DNA of 63,873 nucleotides, filler included, from Octopus bimaculoides (Eukaryota): the NCBI RefSeq assembly GCF_001194135.2. It is 5 parts of 3 records of this genome, joined end to end, with 100 filler letters (N's around TTAATTAATTAA, not from the genome) between each part and the next. Parts side by side here need not be neighbours in the genome. Positions count along the whole stretch, not along the records: positions 1 to 25,472 come from NC_068987.1; 4 more parts are not named here. One strand, 5' to 3'. Made by a program: the position numbers and the translations under genes. Of the stretch, positions 12,031 through 24,094 are shown in pieces. Below the pieces are notes generated by a model, which was not told the DNA's origin, did not search any database, and saw nothing but the letters and a program-made list of their open reading frames with translations. Each line of letters starts with the position of its first letter. Position 1 is the first letter of the stretch.

Positions 12031-12240
12031 AATTGGTTTCAAATTTTGGCACAAAGCTAGCAACTTTAGTGGAGGAGGTAAGTCAATTTCATCGACTCCC
12101 TCAACTCGTACTTATTTTATCAACCCCGAAAGGATGAAAGGTAAGGTCGACGTCGGCGGAATTTGAACTTAGAATGTAAAGACGGACAACATACTGCTAA
12201 GCATTTTGCTCGGCTTGCTTACGACTCTGCTATCTTGCCG
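12031..12240 (-). mobile_element. SINE family B
   Basis: ttttggcacaaag..ccccgaaaggatgaaagg..gtcggcggaatttgaac. Confidence 0.85.
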
Positions 12241-12390
12241 ATTTATATATGATATATAATTATAAATATTTACATTAGTAAATACACTCACATCGTTTAT
12301 TTATATTTTGTTCACATTGGTGTGATTTGCAATTCATCAAAAAATAATAAATGCTGTTAGCTAGAGTGGAACCATACATACATAGATACA

Positions 12391-13083
12391 TACGAGGAAG
12401 TCCCCCAAAGAAACCGAAATTTTGCAATATTATTTTATTCACTTAGTTTTACGTTTACACTTTTATTGCTTCAAAGTATTCGCTATTTGAAGCAATGCTT
12501 CGGTCCAGGCACTTTTTCCACTATTCGAAGCATCACTGGAACTCTTGTGAAATGTTGCCTTTCAACACCTCCGTGGTTTTTTTTTCTTCACCTCTTCCAC
12601 ATCTGCAAATTCCGTAGCACCAACTTTCGTCTCCATCGATGACCTTTTAATCTTCTGTGAGCAAGTGAGGCACAAATTTTGCTGCAAATCTTTTCATTCA
12701 CAATTCCTTGCTCAAAATTCGTTAGTAGGAGCTCCAGGAGACATCAATCATATCAACAAGTTCGTCAGTTGTTCGGTGATGGTCTTTCTAGAACAGTTAA
12801 TGAATTTTCATGATGTTTTCATTCGTTCGGGAGGTCTTGAACGAAGTTGGTCTTCAAGCGACAAGTGACCATTTCTAAAGCGTTTTGCTCATGGCAGCGT
12901 CCTTGTAAGCTGTTTGAAACATGACAACTGTTTCAGCGGCCGTTTTCCGCAGCAGAAAACAGAAGTTCGCAAAAATCGACGAACAGAGGAGAAGTAGTGC
13001 AAAACAAAGACGCACCACGTAGCAGTAGGGCTACACACCCTCGACGACGCTGGTCGGCAGACTGATGCCTGAAGGTCACATGA
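12391..13083 (-). mobile_element. Mariner-type transposon, internally deleted, decayed
   Basis: Terminus TACGAGG at 12391. Minus translation KTAAETVVMFQTAYKDAAMSK..FRNGHLSLEDQ..KRFAAKFVPHLLTED, then IDGDESWCY fused to FADVEEVKK..W..CL.RSIASNSEYFE. Confidence 0.9.
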
Positions 13084-13544
13084 AGTGGCGCGCTAACGTT
13101 TCTGCCAGCTCGCCGCCTTCGATTTCCAGTACTAGCGATTTCTGTTTCCAGTACTATCTTATGCGTGAGTCAAATATTTATTTGGAACGGTTATACAAAT
13201 TTCAAATTTGAAGAACGATTTCAATTTGTAGCTAGAAATTAAAATGAGACAGTATTCATTTTTTGCAGTTTTGTAANNNNNNNNNNNNNNNNNNNNNNNN
13301 NNNNNNNNNNNNNNNNNNNNNNNNNNNNNNNNNNNNNNNNNNNNNNNNNNNNNNNNNNNNNNNNNNNNNNNNNNNNNNNNNNNNNNNNNNNNNNNNNNNN
13401 NNNNNNNNNNNNNNNNNNNNNNNNNNNNNNNNNNNNNNNNNNNNNNNNNNNNNNNNNNNNNNNNNNNNNNNNNNNNNNNNNNNNNGAAAGAAGCCCGTCG
13501 TATATATTGCTCACCTATTCTTCTACTTCCTCCCTTTGTTTCTC

Positions 13545-13915
13545 CCTCTGCCACTCTCTCTCTTCCCCTTACACCGGCATGGTCACATGCTTCCGGTCAA
13601 TAATCCTTTTCTTCCTTGGCTGTCGCCGAGCAAACACACAAACCATTTCGTCCTTACTCTCAAGTTCGTGCCTCACAGCGTTCATACACAAACAATTTTT
13701 CTCGTCTGGCCGTAAAGCCTTTTCTGTTTGTTTTCCTGTCCTGTTTTTTGTCCGCCACGACATTCCTCCATGGCAAGATTTAATTTGTGTATACAAATTT
13801 AATTTGCGGTCCATGGGAAGAGCTGTTTTAACGATGCGTCCTGCCTAGCTCTTCGAAACGCCGGTGTTAAAACGGAGGTAGCTGATGAAGTAGAATGTTC
13901 TCTATGTGGCTTGTG
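13545..13915. promoter_or_regulatory. Non-repetitive, CpG-richer segment with adjacent E-box-like and ETS-like motifs (tentative)
   Basis: GTCACATGCTTCCGGT at 13582-13597 (CACATG plus CTTCCGG). No transcript evidence. Confidence 0.15.
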
Positions 13916-13963
13916 AGTTTTATCGTCTCTGTTTTGTTTGCAGAAATTACACTCAACCGATTT

Positions 13964-14342
13964 GTTGGCACTCCGTCGCTTACGACGTCGAGGGTTCCAG
14001 TTGATCTGATCAACGGAACAGCCTGCTCGTGAAATTAACGTGCAAGTGGCTGAGCATACCACAGACACGTGTACCCTTAACGTAGTTCTCGGGGATATTC
14101 AGCGTGACACAGTGTGATAAGGCTGACCCTTTGAATTACAGGCACAACAGAAACAAGAAGTAAGAGCGAGAGAAAGTTGTGGCGGAAGAGTACAACATCG
14201 TTCGTCACTATCCCCTCTTGGAGCCTCGTGGAGCTTTAGGTGTTTTCGCTCAATAAACACTCACAACACCCGGTCTGGGAATCGAAACCGCGATCCTATG
14301 ACCGCGAGTCCGCTGCCCTAACCACTGGGCCATTGCGCCTCC
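13964..14342 (-). mobile_element. SINE family C variant (C2), full length, young
   Basis: Head gtggaggcgcaatggcccagtggttaggg. TSD acactcaaccgattt (13949-13963) / acactcaacggattt (14343-14357). Confidence 0.95.
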
Positions 14343-14562
14343 ACACTCAACGGATTTATAAGAAGGGGAAAATGATTAACAAAATATTAATTACTGAGAA
14401 TTAATGACTATGAAAGAAAGGATTGCAGATGGAATATCTGAGAATTAGGGAATGTGCAAAAAAATTAAAGTAAAGGAGAATGGAAAACATTTTTTTTTAT
14501 TACTAAGAAAGAAACATTAAATCATGACAGATTAGAGAGGTATATGGGTTCTGGTGCTCCAT

Positions 14563-15145
14563 GCTGGTTGTTTGTTGCAACTTGGTGAAGGTAGAATTCC
14601 TAACGTTGTTGTGTCTTTTCACCGATACCACTGAAATTCCTTTCCATTTTCATGCCAATAATACGATAATTTAGAGAATAATTTTAATATGCAATGGCTG
14701 TCATCAAATACTATTTCAACTTCACGACGTCGATAAACTGAACAGTAAATTTGTAAAAATACTCTCAGGGGAAACTAAGGTTCTTAGAAGTGTTTACTCT
14801 GTTGCTAATGACGACTAAGTAACTCTGTAGCCATCGGAATTCATTAATTCTGTTAACATCAGCAGTGTATTCCTACCCCGTCTCTCATTTTATCAAACTA
14901 TAAACTGGAATTCTAATGATTGCAGAAGTGGTCATTGAAACGGTACACGTTATAGAATTTTATTTGTGACTTACAATCAAATGAATGAAAGTAAAATTAC
15001 CAAAGGCCAACCTGCTGTTGACGCAGAACGTACTTTGTTAATTTCTCGCATCAACTTACAGTCATTCAATACAGAATTACCATTTAGCTTAAGGCTCCAA
15101 TTCTCTATCGGATCCGCATGTGTTATTGACCGAAAGTCAAAGATA
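14563..15145 (+). mobile_element. Decayed Helitron PIF1-like helicase coding remnant
   Basis: Ordered motifs: CLLQLGEGRIP; NNFNMQWLS; DVDKLNSKFVKILSGETKVLRSVYSVANDD..PSEFINSVNIS; NGTRYRIL; LLISRINLQSFNTELPFSL-RLQFSI..A....KS. These follow Helitron helicase C-terminal order (WLL.IG.G; IN..IL..LPGE; YP.EFLNS; CNGTR; IPRI..LPF...R.QFP..LA.A.TINKSQ). Confidence 0.8.
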
Positions 15146-15244
15146 AATATTACCGAAATGATATCATAAACTTAAAATTACATTTCCTTCTGTATACATG
15201 CACACACAGGTACATAATGTGAAATTATTTTCATCTCTGTGTAA

Positions 15245-15320
15245 GAGGTTCTCCCGCGTTCAAATCCCACCGAGGTTGACTTTGACTTTTGCGTTTCCAG
15301 TATCGATAAAATTAAATATA
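15245..15320 (+). mobile_element. SINE family B fragment
   Basis: cgttcaaatcccaccgaggttgactttgac..gtatcgataaaattaa. Confidence 0.6.
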
Positions 15321-15752
15321 AATTCAATGCAATAAATCAGTAGAGTTGTCAGAGCGTCGGACTGAGCGCTGTGTGATATTTGCTCCGGCTGCGAGTTAGA
15401 TGTCGTGAGTGTGTCTGTGTCTAGCGGATGAGATAGCATCTAGTAAGAGCAAAAAAGAAAGAAAGAAAGAAAAAACACTCCAAGGAAGGCGCCAGGAAAA
15501 ATTCTATGACATGCAAATAGAATACTTGTGAAAGAGGATACCAGGGGTTGCTTGTCGAATTAACGGTACAAAAAAAAAATAGAATGTGATTTAAAGTTGA
15601 TTTAGGTGATATTATTTCTAGTCGGTTGAGTGACCGTATATAGGTTTCTGTTGGGATGGAGGGTGGTGTGTGCGCTCACCATAATTTAATCTCCATGCAG
15701 TAGTCCCTCTTCACCTCTAGCCAAGTCATTTAGATTTTTTTAATATAATCTT

Positions 15753-15908
15753 AGAGTGGCTGTGTGGTAAGACGTTTGCTTCTCGTCCTCATGGTTCCGG
15801 GTTCAGTCCTATTGCACGGCACCTTGGGAAAGTATATTCTACTATAATTTCGGGCCGACCAGAATCCTTGTGAGTGGATTTCGTGGATGTTAACTGAAAG
15901 AAGCTTGT

Positions 15909-15949
<41 letters not shown>

Positions 15950-16160
15950 TTATGTGTTTTTGTCTCCCTCCACCACTTGGTAACCGGTATTGGTTGGTTT
16001 ACGTCCTTGTAACTTAGCAGCTCAGCAAAAGAGACCGATAAAATAAGTACCAAGCTTAAAATATAAGTACTGGGGTCGATTCATTCGACTAAAATTCTTC
16101 AAGACGGTACCCCAGCATAGCTGCAGTCTAATAGTTGAAACAAGTAAAAGATAAAAGATA
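15753..16160 (+). mobile_element. SINE family A, full length with internal (TA)n/(TG)n
   Basis: Head agtggctgtgtggtaag, B-box-like gggttcagtcc, ccttggg core, microsatellite 15911-15960, tail aaacaagtaaaagataaaaga. Confidence 0.92.
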
Positions 16161-16574
16161 TGATGTTGCAAGTATAAAGTGTCAACCGCTTCAAAAGACA
16201 GATCAAAACTGCCAGTGATAGGAATGACATTGTACAGCGATGCGTTGCGGAAGATCTTTTGATGTGATGGTGGTGGTATTAATTGTGATAGTTGTGGCTG
16301 TTATTACTTTTTGTTGTATGGCTAGACATGATTCATTGCAACTGATCTGTGATAAAAGGCATTACAGGAGCGACAGCCTCGTGTTATTTAAGACGATAGA
16401 GTACGTATACATTAAAAAAATGTAAATGCTGTTGCTAGTAGATCGAGCGACTACACCAGCCACGGCAACCATTTTCGAGAAGTGGGCCGCATGAGACATG
16501 TCTCATCACCGTGCAGGACGCACTACTAAAAAATTCCTTGATACTTTTTCTTTGGTGTACAATGTACAATTATA

Positions 16575-16974
16575 GTGAAGGCGCTATGGCCCAGTGGTTA
16601 GGGCAGCGGACTCGCGGTCATAGGATCGCGGTTTCGATTCCCAGACCGGGCGTTGTGAGTGTCTATTGAGCGAAAAGATCTAAAGCTCCACGAGGTTCCG
16701 GCAGGGGATGGTGGCCAACCCTACTGTACTCTTTCACCATAACTTTCTCTCACTTTTGCTTCCTGTTTCTGTTGTGCCTGTAATTCAAAGCCTGTAATTC
16801 AAAGCCTTGCCACACTGTGTCACGCTGAATATCCCTGAGAACTACGCTAAGGGTAAACGTGTCTGTGGAGTGTTCAGCCACTTGCACGTTAATTTCACGA
16901 GCAGGCTGTTCCGTTGATCGGATCAACTGGAACCCTCGATTTCGTAAGCGACGGAGTGCCAACAACAACAACAA
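16575..16974 (+). mobile_element. SINE family C variant (C2), full length, young
   Basis: Same family as 13964-14342. Exact 13-bp TSD acaatgtacaatt at 16559-16571 and 16975-16987; (CAA)n tail. Confidence 0.95.
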
Positions 16975-17071
16975 ACAATGTACAATTCAGAGAGTCCTGC
17001 GGGCTACAGTTTCTCCATGACTAGACTACAGAGATGCTCAGTCTTTAGTTCATAGTATAACAGTAAAACTG

Positions 17072-17282
17072 TTTTCAAATTTGGCACGAGGCCAGCAATT
17101 TCGGGGAAGAGAGTAAGTCGTTTACATCGACACCAGTATTCAGTAGGTACTTATTTTATCGACCCCGAAAACTGAAAGGCAAAGTCGGCCTCGGTGGAAG
17201 TTGGACTCAGAACGTAAAGACGGACGAAATGCCGCGAAGCATTTTGTCCGGTGCGGTAACGATTCTACTAGCTCGCCGCCTT
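17072..17282 (-). mobile_element. SINE family B
   Basis: tttggcacgaggccagcaattt..gaccccgaaaactgaaaggcaaagtc..gctcgccgcc. Confidence 0.9.
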
Positions 17283-17579
17283 CCCGGTTGTAGTAATATT
17301 ACACGTGATGTTGATACTGTTAGCCTTGTTTCGTTCGGTGAGGGTGTGGGTTTATGTTTGGTGGTGATGAATGCCAAAAGAAAGAAAAAAAATGTAGCGA
17401 AGGTTTATTTTTGAAAACAGCTGGAAATACTTGATTTCATCAGATTTAAATCGGTGCTAAACTCTTTAATGAGTCACGTACCAAAGAATCAGTCACCAAA
17501 AAACATCCGGTGACCAGTTGTATTGTCTTATATGTATATATGTATGTATGTATATATGTATGTATATACGCATGCATAC

Positions 17580-17621
<42 letters not shown>

Positions 17622-18442
17622 NNNNNNNNNNNNNNNNNNNNNNNNNNNNNNNNNNNNNNNNNNNNNNNNNNNNNNNNNNNNNNNNNNNNNNNNNNNNNNN
17701 NNNNNNNNNNNNNNNNNNNNNNNNNNNNNNNNNNNNNNNNNNNNNNNNNNNNNNNNNNNNNNNNNNNNNNNNNNNNNNNNNNNNNNNNNNNNNNNNNNNN
17801 NNNNNNNNNNNNNNNNNNNNNNNNNNNNNNNNNNNNNNNNNNNNNNNNNNNNNNNNNNNNNNNNNNNNNNNNNNNNNNNNNNNNNNNNNNNNNNNNNNNN
17901 NNNNNNNNNNNNNNNNNNNNNNNNNNNNNNNNNNNNNNNNNNNNNNNNNNNNNNNNNNNNNNNNNNNNNNNNNNNNNNNNNNNNNNNNNNNNNNNNNNNN
18001 NNNNNNNNNNNNNNNNNNNNNNNNNNNNNNNNNNNNNNNNNNNNNNNNNNNNNNNNNNNNNNNNNNNNNNNNNNNNNNNNNNNNNNNNNNNNNNNNNNNN
18101 NNNNNNNNNNNNNNNNNNNNNNNNNNNNNNNNNNNNNNNNNNNNNNNNNNNNNNNNNNNNNNNNNNNNNNNNNNNNNNNNNNNNNNNNNNNNNNNNNNNN
18201 NNNNNNNNNNNNNNNNNNNNNNNNNNNNNNNNNNNNNNNNNNNNNNNNNNNNNNNNNNNNNNNNNNNNNNNNNNNNNNNNNNNNNNNNNNNNNNNNNNNN
18301 NNNNNNNNNNNNNNNNNNNNNNNNNNNNNNNNNNNNNNNNNNNNNNNNNNNNNNNNNNNNNNNNNNNNNNNNNNNNNNNNNNNNNNNNNNNNNNNNNNNN
18401 NNNNNNNNNNNNNNNNNNNNNNNNNNNNNNNNNNNNNNNNNN

Positions 18443-18500
<58 letters not shown>

Positions 18501-18505
18501 CATAA

Positions 18506-18538
<33 letters not shown>

Positions 18539-18581
18539 TATATAAATGTATATATATATATGCATACATACATATATACAT

Positions 18582-18916
18582 GTGAAGGTGCATGGCTCAG
18601 TGGTTAGAGCGTGGAGCTTACGATTATGAGGTTGTGAGTTCGATTCCGGACCGGGCTTCGTGTTGTGTTCTTGAGCAACACCCTTTATTTCACGTTGCTC
18701 CAGTTCACTCAGCTGTAGAAATGAGTTGCGACGTCACTGGTATCAAGCTTCATTGACCTTTGCCTTGGAAATCATCGGTGGTGTGGAGAGGGGAGGCTGG
18801 TATGCATGGGCGACTGCTGGTCTTCCATAAACAACCTTGCTCGGACTTGTGTATGGGAGGGTAACATTCTAGGTGCAGTCCCATGGTCATTCATGACCGA
18901 AGGGGGTCACCCCTTT
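18582..18916 (+). mobile_element. SINE with family C head/core but different 3' half (C3)
   Basis: Head tggctcagtggttagag, gttcgattcc, core ttgtgttcttgagcaa..cacgttgctccag; the 3' half is unrelated to C/C2. Confidence 0.85.
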
Positions 18917-18945
18917 TATATATACATATATATATATATGTATAT

Positions 18946-19047
18946 ATAGTTGGAATTTACAAAAAAAAAAAAAAAAAAAAAAAAAAGACGACGACAGGTG
19001 TCTAAACAATAAACATGTGTATTAGTTTAACGCTCGGGAAGGTGAGA
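18946..19047. repeat. Family E dispersed repeat, truncated before its hammerhead-like motif
   Basis: gtgtattagtttaacgctcgggaaggtga matches 29154-29180. Confidence 0.65.
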
Positions 19048-19582
19048 CCAATTCTATAGGTTTTTACTCCACTCTAAACGCTTTGCAATGTTTGTTTTTG
19101 AAAGTAGTGGTTTTCTGATTACAGCGCTCCCGTGAAATCCGGCTTTGTGCAGCACCAAGTGAACAGTTTTTGTGGAAACTGGATTCTCGAAGTGGTCATT
19201 AAGCTCTGCAGTAATTTTGGGAGCTATAATTTTGTGATCCTTTCTAACAATTCGCGTCAGAGTCCGACCGTCTCTGGTTTCCTTTGGAGTTTTATTTCGA
19301 CGAAAAGGTTTTTCCCGCTTTCTCAAAGGCTGTCATTACTTTCAAGACAGTACTTCTTGCTACACCAAACATTTCAGCTGTTTTCGTTACGCTAGCGCCT
19401 GCCATACGAGCACCAATAATTTGACCTCTTTGAAAGTCTGATGGATATGTCATTTTAATGAATTTTAATTACCTTTTTCTGATCATATCTGAAAAGAAAC
19501 AGCAATTTTAGCAAAACATATTAAGCAACACTAATAGTAAATAAAAAAACAACATAAAAATGAAGAAGCTTTTGACGGTTTT
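19048..19582 (-). mobile_element. Tc1-like transposon, 5' part with transposase N-terminus
   Basis: DFQRGQIIGARMAGASVTKTAEMFGV..RIVRKDHKIIAPKITAELNDHFENPVSTKTV..LHKAGFHGSAVIRKPLLSKTNIAKRLEW (Tc1 paired-like HTH region). Confidence 0.9.
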
Positions 19583-19895
19583 NNNNNNNNNNNNNNNNNN
19601 NNNNNNNNNNNNNNNNNNNNNNNNNNNNNNNNNNNNNNNNNNNNNNNNNNNNNNNNNNNNNNNNNNNNNNNNNNNNNNNNNNNNNNNNNNNNNNNNNNNN
19701 NNNNNNNNNNNNNNNNNNNNNNNNNNNNNNNNNNNNNNNNNNNNNNNNNNNNNNNNNNNNNNNNNNNNNNNNNNNNNNNNNNNNNNNNNNNNNNNNNNNN
19801 NNNNNNNNNNNNNNNNNNNNNNNNNNNNNNNNNNNNNNNNNNNNNNNNNNNNNNNNNNNNNNNNNNNNNNNNNNNNNNNNNNNNNNNNNNNNNNN

Positions 19896-19951
<56 letters not shown>

Positions 19952-20212
19952 AATATGTGTATGTACGGGTTCGCATGCTTATGTATGTGAGCATGTACCT
20001 GTTTAGAGGTGCGTATATGTGTGTATGAGTGTAGGCAGTTTTGCGTACAAATGTATCAGAAAAAGTACATATATGTGTATGGATAGATATATTAATACCT
20101 TGCGAGATATGAATAAAAGGAAGGCTCTCAGTAGTCAATGTCTGTGCAAGAAAGAACTTCTCTCGAGTTGTGGTTTGACAAAATTTATGTACACACACAC
20201 TAGCACGCTTCT

Positions 20213-20213
20213 C

Positions 20214-20289
<76 letters not shown>
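20213..20289. repeat. (TCTA)n microsatellite
   Basis: Direct inspection. Confidence 0.95.
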
Positions 20290-20290
<1 letters not shown>

Positions 20291-20459
20291 CCACACACAC
20301 TTACACACATGCACACACATATATAAACATATATTAACATATACATGCATATATACATTCAAACATGCATGCTTACATACATACATGTATACGAAGAAGC
20401 GAACAAACGAAAGACAATAGCATTCATCTCGTTTGGTTGGAGTTACTTGCACTAATCTT

Positions 20460-20620
20460 TGGAGACATGTCACATTTTCTCCCATTCCGAAGAAAAGTAA
20501 ATCTTTTGACCCAGCTAACCATCGCCCTATTGTATTTCTAATACTTCTGTTTTGTTAGCGGAAACAGCGATTGACAACGACGTTATTCAACACTTTAAAT
20601 CTCTTCCTCTCTTCTCCGTC
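20460..20620 (+). mobile_element. LINE (CR1/Jockey-group) RT N-terminal fragment
   Basis: WRHVTFSPIPKKSKSFDPANHRPIVF matches W..A.V.PIPKK...DP.NYRPI. Confidence 0.7.
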
Positions 20621-20917
20621 GGTCTATCTTCCTTGCTATCTTTTTCTCTCACGCTGTTCTTTTTTTTCTCTCTCCCTCGCTCTTGTCAATGACCACCAAC
20701 AGACTTTCAGTAAAGCCAAATCCACGGGGATCATTCTTTTGTCATACACCATTAGTGAGACAGTGTTGCTGCTACCATTAACAAACAGATGCCCTCGGGT
20801 TACATGTAGGGAAATGTCACTCAGTTTTTTTGGTAGCTATTACAGGTACTCACCAGCTTCTGGTTCACAGGCCCACAGTCTACACTCTTTGACTTCTTTT
20901 TTACCCTTATTAAAATC

Positions 20918-21150
20918 GTGAAGGCGCGTGGCCTAGTGGTTAGGCTGTTGCAATCACGATCACTAGATCGTGGGTTCGATTCCTTGATTGTGTTCTTGAG
21001 CAAGACACTTCGTTTCACGTTGCTCCAGTCCCCTTTTCGACCAGAAAGGAATACAGGCTTACTCGACTAGCCAACGTGATGGCATCATTTGAAGGCTAAA
21101 ACAATACAAGAACGCATTATGACCAGTCATGTGTAAAAACATCTGGTCGG
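20918..21150 (+). mobile_element. SINE with family C head/core and another distinct 3' half (C4)
   Basis: gcgtggcctagtggttagg..gggttcgattcc..ttgtgttcttgagcaagacactt..cacgttgctccagtcc. Confidence 0.8.
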
Positions 21151-22981
21151 TCACATGGCGGTAAAATCGTCACTGTTTATAAGAGCTGTTCACGAGCTTT
21201 CTTCATTCAGGCACTCTAGACCCACAAATCCCACTTCATTTTATCACCTTTATTGTGGCATTAATAACAATGCCAACCCCTCCCATCCCAGAGAGTCAGG
21301 CGTCCGGAACCTTCTGTTTATTCATGTCTTTTCTACAGCTGTTGATTTGTAACAGTTTAAACAGAACAATAATGACATGAATCTCATCGTTTATGGCAGG
21401 CATTAACCCTTCTCTCAGATTTAGCGACTATATATACATATAATATGTATGTACATGGCCAGAAAACTAAAACAATACAATTACATATATATATATTTCA
21501 AGTGTGAAGATTGTTAAAACTTTTCCCATGAGAAGTCAGTCGCTTAATTTACTCTTTAGAAATTCAGTCTATGCACAGCCGTTAATTTAATTGGAAAGAA
21601 CTTAATCAAATAGAATAACATTCCACTTAATTTTAGACACTTCAGTAAATTTTTACGTGCTTTCTTTATTTGCGTTTATACGCACACAAAGACGACCATA
21701 TGCATATATTAAAATTTTTATATTTGTAGATATATACACACCAACACACACATATAGATGCCTATACAAATATATATATACGTATTTATTCATACACATC
21801 ATGCATTAAAACACGCCTATGCATATATGCCTGTATATATTATACTTATTAATGTATATATGTGTGTGTGTTCACGCACGCGCGCGTGTGTTTGTGTAGC
21901 ATAGTACAGATATGAATATTAAAATTTAACGGAATACCAACCCACATTAAAAGAATTGCAGTAATTCGACAGCACCCTGGTTCAAATATATAACAAATAA
22001 AGCAAGAGCTAATTTCACATATTTGATACTGTAGATTTTCCCCCTCCCCTCAATGTCGTTATCCCTGTTAATTAAAACTCAACATTTCGCACATAAATTC
22101 GTCAAACTCAATAGGTGTTAAATAAAACTGATTATACATACGCGCATGACCTCGCTTTTCAACAACAGGTCGACTTCAGTAATAATAAAAAAGAAAGAAT
22201 GTGAAACAGATTGCATGTGGGACGCCTCGATAGGAATGTAATTGATTTGGTCAGCTTATACGTATTAGACCTCCTGAAATACTGGTTCCTCAACCACAGT
22301 ATTCTGTCATTTCGATACGATGATATAGTAGTTATTCGCTGTTGTGATAACGATATTTTAGATACTATCCAAACGAACCTTGCCTTGTCATTTAATAATC
22401 TAGGCATCGAAACAGATGCAGATACTAATTATTTAAGACGAAATTTACTTGAACTAAGCAGGTGAAAATAATGCTTTCCATAAGCCCAACAGCAAATAAA
22501 GAAGCAGCGAAAATTTCGGTGCTATTATAATTCACTTTGTCTTTATTTCTTTGAAAGTTTTTATGTGGAGAAATTCTTTTTGTAAACATTGTAAAATTAG
22601 AACGAACGTTTAGACTAAATGGCAGATTATATCACATTATATTACTTTTCCGATTGGTAAATATATGTGTGTTGATGTTGTTCTGTATGTAATATATTCT
22701 AGTTTTGAAGCCCCATTTTTTAATGTGCAATTGTGATAACGAACAGAACGTTTACAAGTTCGTTTGTCGGAGAAACAGCAGGATATGTGCATACTAACTT
22801 CATTAAGTTTTTAAAAATAAGTGCAGGTCGTTCGCATTTAAATTAATATACTGCAATTTCTCGATATTTTACTACAAGGATGATATTTCACACTACTGAT
22901 ATCATCATGGTAGAGACTGCAATCTCAGCAGCATCGTAAAGTATCATGGCTACATCAAGCATTACTGTGTTTGTATGTATT

Positions 22982-23022
<41 letters not shown>

Positions 23023-24094
23023 CACACACACGCACATGCATGAACTGCAAGGTTTAAAATGTTTAAGGTACGCCTTATGTTACGATGGTACGCCTACGAT
23101 TCTATCCGGTGTTGGAGGTGGGCAAGGAAAGACACACACACACACATGCGCACACTCTGACACACATATAGTTAAAATTAACGCTTTTATACATAGAGAA
23201 ACAAACACCATTAACTGAATAAAGGATTCAGCACAAATTGTTGAGAGTAATTCTGAAGCCCGTCAAATAAATATCTGGATAATTTAAAATGCAAAATATG
23301 TGAACATGCAATAGTTCTTAAGTATAATTCTATTCCGCGAAAGAAATATTTACATTAGTTTAAAAATAACTTTTACTTGCTCAGTTTGGAAGAATCAATG
23401 CTTATGGCGTCCATAAGATTAATGCCATTAATGTTTTACGCGAACCTTTGCAAAGACATAAAGGAAAGACATAAGCAGAGATGGCAGTAATTTCAAGAAA
23501 CATACGTTCTGGAAAGTAAGGACTGAACACTTTGATTATTCCGGGGGCCTGGACGCTTGGATTTAATAAGGGTGATGAGAGGAGACGGGTGGGTCGGGAG
23601 TATCTAAGTTGAGGTGAAATCGGCTCAATAATCCGAGAAGCAGAGGCCATTATACTATGTTAGAAACGGTAGAGAGAGAGAGAAAGAGGAGTCAGCATGC
23701 TTGTGGGTAAGAGGAATGTTTGTGATTTATGCTAATCAGCTGGATGGATCTTTTCTATTGGGTTGTAAGATAAATTCATTCGTTTTTTTTCCATCTGTCT
23801 GAAAAAGGTCAAATTTATTAAAACTTCAAGTTACATTTATGTATCTACATCTCATCATCATTTGACTGTGATAGCTCATTGCCTCAATCACCCTCTAATC
23901 CGATTCCAATAGGGCTATACCAGTCATAGTCCCATGATTGTGTGATTAGACGTAGCCAGCTGCCGGAGTTGATTCATTGATGGATTTTGCATCCAACACG
24001 GCAAAAACAATAACAGGTACCACAACGTATCACGTCGGATGCTCTAACTGGCTAATAATCGCTCTCATAATCTCATAAACCTACTGTACATATC

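Noticed and set aside
13799-14068. CNFCKQN resembling the start of a Nanos zinc finger
   Set aside because: The remaining CCHC residues are absent and the ORF start lies in a SINE.
16491-16506. 16-bp perfect palindrome atgagacatgtctcat containing a p53-type half-site
   Set aside because: About one such palindrome is expected by chance in this much sequence, and only one half-site is present.
22159-22465. Overlapping 82-aa and 84-aa ORFs on opposite strands
   Set aside because: No homology recognised, poor acceptor context, and a length compatible with chance.
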